Positions 8,862-15,974 of a stretch of DNA of 64,000 bases are shown here, piece after piece. The notes beneath the pieces were generated by a model. The model made no database searches, had not been told where the DNA came from, and worked only from the letters and a program-made list of their open reading frames with translations. The DNA is taken from positions 157-64,156 of the IMG/VR virus record IMGVR_UViG_3300020059_000002; one strand, given 5' to 3'. This DNA comes from a virus. The first letter of the stretch is position 1; each line of letters begins with the position of its first letter. Position numbers and translations under genes: made by a program.

Positions 8862-9065
8862 GCTCCCCCGCTGACTGACTCACAAGGTGCCGGTGCCAGA
8901 CCATCGGAGAGGTTCGGAGATAAGGCCCCTGAAAAGGCTAAGACCGGTACCGGATGGCGAGAGCGGGACCACCCGTTGACCATCGAAACGAAAGGCCGAA
9001 AGGCTAGTACAGCAAGGGGTTCCCGAGGGCAGATCACACAGCAGGTTCGAATCCTGCCGGGAGCA
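8862..9065 (+). ncRNA. Candidate structured RNA with tRNA-like acceptor/T-arm closure
   Basis: GCTCCC(C) at 8862 pairs with (C)GGGAGC at 9058-9064; perfect T-arm GCAGG-TTCGAAT-CCTGC; internal helices including GGCC-GAAA-GGCT. Confidence 0.45.
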
Positions 9066-9143
9066 CTGATCAACCGGCCGCGAGCGCGACGCAGCGTGGA
9101 AGCCGGTTGATCTCATCAGTACCTACGGACGAAGGAGCCGACC

Positions 9144-9536
9144 ATGACGAACACATCCGAGCCCCGTACGATCCGGTTCGAGACGATGACGTGCAGCCGA
9201 TGCGGAGGCAAGGGCCGCAAGTCGGACGGCGGCTGGGGTGCCAACCACGGAGGCGCCTGCTACAAGTGCCACACCGCAGGAACGGTCCTCACGGAAAACG
9301 GACGCCGGGCCATGGAGGCCCTGGAGACCATGAAGAACGAGCGGCTCGGAGTCAACTTCGGCGATCTTGCCAATGGAGAGATCTTCAAGTACGAGGGCAA
9401 GTGCTACCGCAAGGGTGAGTGCGAGTGGCTGACCCTGGGTGCGGACCTCAGGGTCCTGCGTCACCACGGTGCCACCACCAGGCAGATGTGGCGAGAGATC
9501 GCCAGCAAGTACAAGGGTGCCGAACTGGTTTACTGA
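9144..9536 (+). CDS. Hypothetical protein with CxxCxGxG/CxxC zinc finger
   Basis: AAGGAG RBS; CSRCGGKG...CYKCHTAG. Confidence 0.8.
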   Translation: MTNTSEPRTIRFETMTCSRCGGKGRKSDGGWGANHGGACYKCHTAGTVLTENGRRAMEALETMKNERLGVNFGDLANGEIFKYEGKCYRKGECEWLTLGADLRVLRHHGATTRQMWREIASKYKGAELVY

Positions 9537-9619
9537 TCACCGCTCGGGTGCACGGTCTTCGGACCGTGCACCCCCTGAGGACGATCAGTCTTCGCACACC
9601 ACGGACCAAGGAGCCGACT

Positions 9620-9817
9620 GTGGCCAACCTGATGAACGAATCCCAGTTGGAGCGGTACGCCGCGCAGCTCGAAGAGGACCAGGCAGACCGCGATCTGAGC
9701 GGTGCATGGCAGCGCGTACAGAACAGCTTCACGGGTGACCTGCACGCGGAATACGAGTTCACGTCTCTGATGGGCTACCTGAACGCGAGCATCTCGGTGA
9801 CTGCATCGATGTCCTGA
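9620..9817 (+). CDS. Hypothetical protein (65 aa)
   Basis: GTG start after repeat RBS AAGGAGCCGACT. Confidence 0.7.
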   Translation: MANLMNESQLERYAAQLEEDQADRDLSGAWQRVQNSFTGDLHAEYEFTSLMGYLNASISVTASMS

Positions 9818-9900
9818 TCACCGCTCGGGTGCACGGTCTCCGGACCGTGCACCCCCTGAGGACGATCAGTCTTCGCACACCACGGACCAAGGAGCCGATC

Positions 9901-10107
9901 ATGACCACATACCAGGTCGAGATCAAGAACGCCGACAAGACGCCAGTCAAGCGCTTCCACTTCGGCGCCGACGAGCAGATGGCCTACGACATCTTCAACG
10001 AGTGGGGCGGCTACTACGACAGCACCCACAAGCTGGAGATCAGCAACAAGCGGACCGGCGAGTTGCTCATCGAAGGCCGGATGAGCGGATTCGCCGAGTG
10101 GATGTAG
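9901..10107 (+). CDS. Hypothetical protein (68 aa)
   Basis: ATG after repeat RBS. Confidence 0.75.
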   Translation: MTTYQVEIKNADKTPVKRFHFGADEQMAYDIFNEWGGYYDSTHKLEISNKRTGELLIEGRMSGFAEWM

Positions 10108-10217
10108 CAGACCAGTCAAGGGATCTGGAACCCAGTAACTGATCATTGCTTGAGTGCCCGGCCGGATCATCGTCCGGGCACTGACTGAAGTGATCACTAC
10201 GGACGAAGGAGCCGATC

Positions 10218-10376
10218 ATGACAACAGCAGCCAGGACCAGCACAGCCAAGCCCAGCGTTCGCAAGGCGGCTGTCCGGCAGCACATCAGCGACCGCAGGTA
10301 CTACGTGCAGTGCGCATACAGAGTGACCATGGCAGTCATCTTCCTGGTCGCTCTGTTGATCACACATTCCAACTGA
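10218..10376 (+). CDS. Small basic protein with C-terminal TM (52 aa)
   Basis: ATG after repeat RBS; MTTAARTSTAKPSVRK...VIFLVALLITHSN; the stop is the TGA of the next repeat. Confidence 0.7.
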   Translation: MTTAARTSTAKPSVRKAAVRQHISDRRYYVQCAYRVTMAVIFLVALLITHSN

Positions 10377-10447
10377 TCATTGCTTGAGTGCCCGGACGAT
10401 GGTCCGGGCACTGACTGAAGTGATCACTACGGACCAAGGAGCCGATC

Positions 10448-10660
10448 ATGAGTATGACTCGCAGGGACATCGTGGACATGGCTGCGATCTTCAAAAACCA
10501 GATCGAGGAGATCAAAAGTGAGACGTACATGCCCGAGGATGTCCCTGCGGTCTGCGCTGAAACGGTGAAAATTCTCGCCGTCGACTTCGCCGACATGCTG
10601 TCTGACAGGAACCCCGCGTTCGACCGTGAACGATTCTTGAAGGACTCCGGGATCAACTGA
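10448..10660 (+). CDS. Hypothetical protein (70 aa)
   Basis: Repeat RBS; ends NPAFDRERFLKDSG. Confidence 0.75.
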   Translation: MSMTRRDIVDMAAIFKNQIEEIKSETYMPEDVPAVCAETVKILAVDFADMLSDRNPAFDRERFLKDSGIN

Positions 10661-10720
10661 ACTGATCTTCGCTTGAACGTCCGTCTCGTACGGACGTTCA
10701 CTGAGACTGATCAGTCTCCG

Positions 10721-10816
10721 TTCCTTGCAGCAGCGACTGTCACCAGGACAGTCCGCCTCGTGACCCGATACGTCGGGCAGGCCGAGCATCAGTCCGTTCA
10801 AGTCGGACCAGGGAAT
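10721..10816 (+). ncRNA. tRNA-like RNA (acceptor + T-arm, non-canonical body)
   Basis: TTCCTTG/CAGGGAA 7-bp stem stacked on GTCCG-TTCAAGT-CGGAC; internal hairpins GACTGTC/GACAGTC and CCCGA/TCGGG; no recognisable anticodon arm. Confidence 0.45.
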
Positions 10817-10901
10817 GCGCCGGGAGGCAATAAATACGGGAGCCCGGAGATCTCCGGGCTCCCGTCATACCTCAGCATCAGAACGGACGAAGGAGCCGGA
10901 C

Positions 10902-11150
10902 ATGGACAAGAACGTCAGGGACGCGATCGACAGGTACACCAGTGACCGCGCGGCAGAGATCGCCCCGAAAGACATGGACGTCATTCACGACTTTCTGATC
11001 ATGACTCTCATGGGATCAGGTGTTCCTTTGGTCGACGCGATCAAGATCGTGCATCTCAGTGAGCGAGGGTCCTGGGACAAGGGATGGGCCGCCGGATATG
11101 CATCCGGCACGAACCGTGCGACCCAGCGCTTCAGCCCGAACAAGAGCTGA
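10902..11150 (+). CDS. Hypothetical protein
   Basis: ACGGACGAAGGAGCCGGAC-ATG start module. Confidence 0.75.
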   Translation: MDKNVRDAIDRYTSDRAAEIAPKDMDVIHDFLIMTLMGSGVPLVDAIKIVHLSERGSWDKGWAAGYASGTNRATQRFSPNKS

Positions 11151-11273
11151 TCACAGCCCGGGAAAACATCATCCCGTTGGAATACTGATCACCGCTTGGG
11201 CGTCCGGCCGGACCATCGTCCGGACGTTCACTGAGGACGATCAGCCCTCACTTCACGGACGAAGGAGCCGATC

Positions 11274-11642
11274 ATGACCAAAGCGGAACAGAAGCGTGCG
11301 GTTGCTTTCCTGCTCATGCAGCAGGCAGGGAATCTCCTGGAGTCCTGGGGAGAGCGTGAGGACACGGAAGACATCGACTACGGAGACGCTCAGCAGTGGC
11401 TCGCAGGCTGGCTGAAGGATCTTCCCGGGAACGACTGGGACACCAGGCTTGGCCCGCACCCGTACGAAGAAGTTGAGTGTTCCTGCCTCACGTCATGGAA
11501 GACGGTCCAGGCCATGCGTTCAGCTGGGCATGGTGACATGTACTGCGATTCCGCCGAAAAGGACGACTCAGCTCCTGATGACTTGTCCCGAGCCGCTCGG
11601 ATCATCGAGAGCCTGATCCCGAACGGCCGCAACGTCCGCTGA
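11274..11642 (+). CDS. Hypothetical protein
   Basis: Repeat RBS, 122 aa ORF. Confidence 0.75.
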   Translation: MTKAEQKRAVAFLLMQQAGNLLESWGEREDTEDIDYGDAQQWLAGWLKDLPGNDWDTRLGPHPYEEVECSCLTSWKTVQAMRSAGHGDMYCDSAEKDDSAPDDLSRAARIIESLIPNGRNVR

Positions 11643-11644
11643 TC

Positions 11645-11925
11645 TACCTGCCCGGAGGACCCGGGAAGCCCGGCAGAGGGTCAAGCTTCTGCCGGGCACG
11701 TGGAATCCGGGACGGTACCGAGAAGGGCGGCCCTGCGCTGGATCCCCTCCCAGGGGGTCGCGGCAGGGGTTGGTCAGCCTGAGGGTCCGGGACAGGGCGA
11801 ATGCCCGAGGAAACCGTCAGGCCCTCTGGTCTTTCAACGGATCAGAGGGCACGAGGCAGGGACGGAACATCGACGAGGGCGCACTGATCCATACGCGTCC
11901 GAGGGTCTGCACCGTTCCTGCCTGT
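11645..11925 (+). ncRNA. Candidate multi-hairpin structured RNA
   Basis: About six consecutive helices (e.g. GCCCGGCAGAG/TTCTGCCGGGC, GCCCTCTGGTC/GATCAGAGGGC, AGGCAGGGACGG/CCGTTCCTGCCT) in an intergenic stretch. Confidence 0.4.
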
Positions 11926-11961
11926 ACGTCATCAGGTGATCAGAAACGAAGGAGTTCGGTC

Positions 11962-12378
11962 ATGAAGGACACGACCAAGGACGCGCTGAAGCTTCCCGCA
12001 GACTTCGAGAAGCCTGAGTTCGGGTATCTCAAGATCCGGGACTGGGCTGAGTCGATCGAGGGAGGAAGCATCTCCCTCGCAAGCGCCAAAGCGTTCGCGA
12101 ACTGGCTGAACCAGGCCTGGAACGACTACGGCGACTCGGACGATCTCCAGACCAACGAAGACGTCCTGTACGGCGCGCTGAGCGACTGGACCGGAGGCAG
12201 AATCATCCGGCCCACGGACAGGCTGAGGACCGCGTACGCGGACGCTGAGAAAGCGCACGCGGCCCTGTACGACGAGAGCCAGGGCGACGAGTGGCGGCGC
12301 GGCCCTCACCCGATCAGGCTCGCGGATTTTTTTGCCGCGATGTCCGGCACGGGAGCCCTGTCCCACCTGAAGGACTGA
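11962..12378 (+). CDS. Hypothetical protein
   Basis: AAGGAG RBS before ATG 11962. Confidence 0.75.
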   Translation: MKDTTKDALKLPADFEKPEFGYLKIRDWAESIEGGSISLASAKAFANWLNQAWNDYGDSDDLQTNEDVLYGALSDWTGGRIIRPTDRLRTAYADAEKAHAALYDESQGDEWRRGPHPIRLADFFAAMSGTGALSHLKD

Positions 12379-12459
12379 TCGTTGCATGGTGGCTGACGTT
12401 CTCCGGAACGCCGGTCGGCCACGGGTGATCAGCACCCGTTCTCAGAAGGGATCAAGATC

Positions 12460-12594
12460 ATGGCTAACCGTCAGGACCAGAACACCGAAGACGAGTACCC
12501 CCGGACCGTGGACTTCCAGCCCGACCCCCAGCCGTTCGACCACGAAGAGACCATGCGCGAGATCCAGGACACCATCGAGTCCTGGCGCAAGTGA
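12460..12594 (+). CDS. Small acidic protein (44 aa)
   Basis: AAGGGA RBS; MANRQDQNTEDEYPRTVDFQPD...IESWRK. Confidence 0.6.
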   Translation: MANRQDQNTEDEYPRTVDFQPDPQPFDHEETMREIQDTIESWRK

Positions 12595-12672
12595 TCAACT
12601 GACCGAACCGGGTCCAGCGCGGTAACCCGCTGGAAGGCCTACCGGCGGGAGCCTCCGATCCCGCCGATCCAC

Positions 12673-12746
12673 GCTCCCGTAGCTCATCCGGACAGAGCAT
12701 TGGACTTCTAATCCAAAGGCGGCAGGTTCGAGTCCTGCCGGGAGCA
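12673..12746 (+). tRNA. tRNA-Arg(TCT)
   Basis: Acceptor GCTCCCG/CGGGAGC; anticodon arm TTGGA-CTTCTAA-TCCAA; T-arm GCAGG-TTCGAGT-CCTGC; no encoded CCA. Confidence 0.92.
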
Positions 12747-12757
12747 CGCAAGGAACC

Positions 12758-13144
12758 ATGAACAATCATCCCGGACAGGTGGTGCACATGATCCGCAACA
12801 CCGATGAAGAGCGCACGTTCAACGACCTCCGGATCGCCGTGGACCTCAAGCGGCCGGTCACGGTCGACTACGTGAAGGCGGACGGTACCCGGACGGTACG
12901 GGTCATCGAGCCGTACGAGATCGGCAGTGCAAAGGGCCGGACGGTCATCCGAGCCATGGACCGCCAGTCCCGGGACTACCGGTCCTGGAGACTGGACCGG
13001 ATCTACGCCTACCGGGTCTCCCCCGCGCGCGGACGGTTCGCCGTACCTCGCTCCATGGGGACCCCGGAACCCGTAAAGCCGGTCACTGCCGCACGGTACG
13101 TGCCGGACAGCACAGGGCCGGAGGCCGCGTCATGTTCTCTGTGA
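12758..13144 (+). CDS. Stand-alone WYL-domain protein
   Basis: VTVDYVKADGTRTVRVIEPYEI...RSWRLDRI. Confidence 0.85.
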   Translation: MNNHPGQVVHMIRNTDEERTFNDLRIAVDLKRPVTVDYVKADGTRTVRVIEPYEIGSAKGRTVIRAMDRQSRDYRSWRLDRIYAYRVSPARGRFAVPRSMGTPEPVKPVTAARYVPDSTGPEAASCSL

Positions 13145-13374
13145 TCTATCAGGCGACCTTGATCCACGATGCGAGCAACGCCTGTCACGTGCAGGGCCAG
13201 TACGTCGGTCCTGAACTTGAGACCGAAGAAAAAATCAAGGAAATCGTAGTCAAGGACCTGATCGAAAGAGAATTCCCCAGTGACTGGGGTTGGACCAGGG
13301 AGAAAACCAGGATCCTGGAATTCACCTGGACGGACATGCCCGAGGTACCGGAAGACATCCGGGAAGGGATCTGA
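13132..13374 (+). CDS. Hypothetical protein
   Basis: GGAGG RBS, 80 aa. Confidence 0.65.
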   Translation: MFSVIYQATLIHDASNACHVQGQYVGPELETEEKIKEIVVKDLIEREFPSDWGWTREKTRILEFTWTDMPEVPEDIREGI

Positions 13375-13375
13375 A

Positions 13376-14017
13376 ATGATCAATGATCGGCTGGCTCTGT
13401 CCAAGGACTACAAAGGACCGACGTCCGGACGGATCACGGTCGGACCGGAGGGCGTGGCCAAGCGGGAGACGTTCACCCGTGAGACCGACCCTCCCCTGAC
13501 CCGTGACGAACTGACAGCTACCGAGGAGTTCAGGGCGCTGGGTCCCAACGAGCAGATCCGGGAGTACCGGATCCAGAAGTGGAACGCGGCATCCCGGAAG
13601 AATGATCTCGACTCGGCAAAGAGCATCATCGAGCGCCAGGAACGGGAGATCGAAACCCTCCGGGCGAAGCTCGCAGTGTTCACCCCGGACGGCTACACAA
13701 TGCCGGGCGCTGCGTCCCTGCTCCTGGCTCATGCAGAGGATCACGGATGGCGAACAGCCCGAAAATGGCACGTCCACGAGCCCCGCACCGACGAGTACGC
13801 GGACGAGATCGAATACGCCCGGCTGGAGATCGCCCTCACGAACGTCCTGTGGGCGTTCCGGCTCTCGTGGTCGGTGGACCGTGGAGGGGGCGGCCGGATG
13901 ATCCGGTCCGGTCTCGCGTGGAAACTCAAGGGCGGATGGCATGACGCCCCGTCCCTGCGGGAGATCAAGAACATCATTACGGAGTCTCCCAGAGAAGACA
14001 TCCAAGAAGGGATCTGA
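13376..14017 (+). CDS. Hypothetical protein with coiled coil
   Basis: AAGGGA RBS; ATG 13376. Confidence 0.75.
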   Translation: MINDRLALSKDYKGPTSGRITVGPEGVAKRETFTRETDPPLTRDELTATEEFRALGPNEQIREYRIQKWNAASRKNDLDSAKSIIERQEREIETLRAKLAVFTPDGYTMPGAASLLLAHAEDHGWRTARKWHVHEPRTDEYADEIEYARLEIALTNVLWAFRLSWSVDRGGGGRMIRSGLAWKLKGGWHDAPSLREIKNIITESPREDIQEGI

Positions 14018-14018
14018 A

Positions 14019-14225
14019 ATGATCTACACCATCGAGTACCTGGACCTGCTCATGAAGGAGCACACCCAGTACGAGACCGACAACATCCAGATCGCCACGG
14101 TCATTCTTCACGGAGTGGCGGAGAGCACCTCCACCGAACTACTGGGCTTCAGCCCGGAGCTGGACGGTGCGCTCGACCACGTTCTGTACGGAGTCAAGCT
14201 GTACGACGTTCCGATGGTGGCCTGA
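14019..14225 (+). CDS. Hypothetical protein
   Basis: AAGGGA RBS; MIYTIEYLDLL... Confidence 0.65.
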   Translation: MIYTIEYLDLLMKEHTQYETDNIQIATVILHGVAESTSTELLGFSPELDGALDHVLYGVKLYDVPMVA

Positions 14226-14398
14226 TGGCTACTGTCCGGATCTATCTGTCGAGCGGCCAGACGATCGTCATGAAGGACGCCAGGCTGACCATGAATTCTG
14301 TCGGCGACATTCCCAAGATCGAGTCCGGCAGTACCCAGATCGCACTTCTGGACCAGGACAAGATCGTCGCCATCACGTCGGAAGATGACCGGGCATGA
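14225..14398 (+). CDS. Hypothetical protein (57 aa)
   Basis: TGATG coupling; MATVRIYLSSGQTIVMKDA... Confidence 0.6.
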   Translation: MATVRIYLSSGQTIVMKDARLTMNSVGDIPKIESGSTQIALLDQDKIVAITSEDDRA

Positions 14399-14528
14399 AG
14401 CAGACCAGGATCGTGAAACAGACCGTCCGCCGTCCCTCCCCTCAGGACACCGACCGGAGATCACCTTCCGGGAAGATCACGTGGAAGAACTGACCAACGG
14501 CCTGCCGGGAGCAGCGATCCCGTGCAAA

Positions 14529-14599
14529 GCCCCCGTGGTGTAAAGGATGCATGCCGCTCTTTCAAGGCGGAGATACCGGATCATGACCGGTTGGGGGTA
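14529..14599 (+). tRNA. tRNA-Glu(TTC), atypical T-loop (possible pseudo-tRNA)
   Basis: GCCCCCG/TGGGGGT acceptor; CCGCT-CTTTCAA-GGCGG; T-arm ACCGG-ATCATGA-CCGGT lacks TTC. Confidence 0.6.
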
Positions 14600-14793
14600 C
14601 GCAAGGCAGACCGTTCAGCCGTACGAGACTGCCTCCCTCACCGCAGCCAGCGGGGCATGAGGGTCAAGGGGAAGATACGGCCCCTCGCGTGGGCCAGGGT
14701 TACTCACGCTCTCTGCGCCCGGAGATGAACGGGTGTCCCGACACAGGGGCGTACCACCAGATGATGACGTTGCATCCGAAAGATCGGAGAATC

Positions 14794-14982
14794 ATGACCG
14801 TTCCTGGCAGTCAGCCCGAATGGTTCAAGTCGAGCTACTCGACCGGACAGAACAACTGTGTGGAGATCCGCACTGCTGGTCCTCACAACATGGAGATCCA
14901 GGACAGCAAGACCGATTACGAGGAGACGGTCTTCGTCACCTCCAGTGCGTTCCGCGCGCTGATTGGCTTCATCCGCAACTGA
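14794..14982 (+). CDS. DUF397 protein
   Basis: WFKSSYSTGQNNCVEI...IQDSK signature. Confidence 0.9.
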   Translation: MTVPGSQPEWFKSSYSTGQNNCVEIRTAGPHNMEIQDSKTDYEETVFVTSSAFRALIGFIRN

Positions 14983-15016
14983 GCAACGGCCTGCCGGGAG
15001 CCGTGATCCCGTGCAC

Positions 15017-15088
15017 GCCCCCATGGTCCATAGGTTAAGACACCGGGCTTTCAATCCGGGGAAGCGGGTCCGAATCCCGCTGGGGGTA
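15017..15088 (+). tRNA. tRNA-Glu(TTC)
   Basis: GCCCCCA/TGGGGGT; CCGGG-CTTTCAA-TCCGG; GCGGG-TCCGAAT-CCCGC. Confidence 0.85.
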
Positions 15089-15296
15089 CGAACGGCGTCC
15101 TTGTCGTCCAGTGGCAGGAGAAACAGTGATCTTGACTTCACGTCTCACCAGGGCCGTCCTCTCATGGACAGTTCTCCTCATCGCGGTCTTCGGCGTGTGC
15201 GCCGACTGCGAGAGGGAGGGCGGTCTGTACCAGGGCGGTGGAGATTCATCCCCTGGGTGGCGGAAGTAGATCCACGGGCAGGAACCAGGAGGGATC

Positions 15297-15536
15297 ATGG
15301 CGAACAGCACAGAGCCGTACGCGTGGACGTACGAGGAGGACGGAATACTCCGTCAGGTGAAGATCCACACAACCAGGTGCGGCCGTGACGTCGTCTGGAA
15401 GCCCCGCTTCCTGGGGGACGAAGCACCGTGGTTCGATGCGGACTACAGCGAAGATGACCCTGCGGCATACTTCGGGGACGAAGACCTGGCGACGCTCGGC
15501 ATGCCCGTCACGCAGTGGGCAGGGTTCGACGTCTGA
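15297..15536 (+). CDS. Hypothetical protein
   Basis: GGAGGG RBS, 79 aa acidic. Confidence 0.7.
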   Translation: MANSTEPYAWTYEEDGILRQVKIHTTRCGRDVVWKPRFLGDEAPWFDADYSEDDPAAYFGDEDLATLGMPVTQWAGFDV

Positions 15537-15613
15537 CCCAGGGGAAAGAACGACAGGTTCCGGCATCAGAAGGGATGCCGGTGATGGTGCACCACGTCTG
15601 AGATGAGGATCAC

Positions 15614-15811
15614 ATGATCAAGCTTGGTGAGCTTTCCGACTGGACCAAGTCCAGTCACTCCACTGGCAACGGCGCGTGCGTGGAAGTCCGTTCCGGCGAA
15701 GCCACTGCTGTGGAGGTCACCGACAGCAAGATCGAGGACACTGCCTCTCGGCCGGTGTTCCGCGTCGGTCCGGACGCGTTCTCCGCGTTCGTGGCCAGCG
15801 TGCGTTCCTGA
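15614..15811 (+). CDS. DUF397 protein
   Basis: WTKSSHSTGNGACVEV...VTDSK...FSAFVASV. Confidence 0.9.
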   Translation: MIKLGELSDWTKSSHSTGNGACVEVRSGEATAVEVTDSKIEDTASRPVFRVGPDAFSAFVASVRS

Positions 15812-15858
15812 TCAATAGCAATCCGACTGCCCCTGGTGAACATGCCGGGGGCAGTCGT

Positions 15859-15931
15859 GCATCTGTAGCTCAGCGGCCAGAGCAGCGCCTTGTCATGGCG
15901 AAGATCGCGGGTTCGAGTCCCGTCAGATGCG
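15859..15931 (+). tRNA. tRNA-Asp(GTC)
   Basis: GCATCTG/CAGATGC; D-arm GCTC..GAGC; CGCC-TTGTCAT-GGCG; GCGGG-TTCGAGT-CCCGT. Confidence 0.9.
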
Positions 15932-15974
15932 CTCATGCCCGCCGGATTCATTCCAATGAAAGGAAAGTGATCAC

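Larger units (their letters stand above)
9534..11276 (+). repeat. Family of intergenic hairpin+RBS repeats separating small genes
   Basis: Copies start at 9534, 9815, 10140, 10374, 10663 and 11186, with looser ones at 9067 and 12376. Pattern: TGATC-N-GCT(T/C)G-[inverted repeat]-CTGA...GATCA...ACGGAC(G/C)AAGGAGCCGA. 9534-9617 vs 9815-9898 differ at 1 of 84 nt. Confidence 0.9.

Noticed and set aside
9040-12746. tRNA-Arg attL/attR flanking an integrated island
   Set aside because: The 3' fragment lies upstream of the intact tRNA, the reverse of the usual order, and no integrase is present in the window.
14600-14790. Structured RNA between tRNA-Glu and DUF397
   Set aside because: A few short hairpins, explicable by GC content; not enough to call.
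15095-15150. Additional tRNA after tRNA-Glu
   Set aside because: It has a tRNA-like 5' start (GTCCTTGTCGTCCAGTGG) but no T-arm or acceptor 3' strand; at most a remnant.
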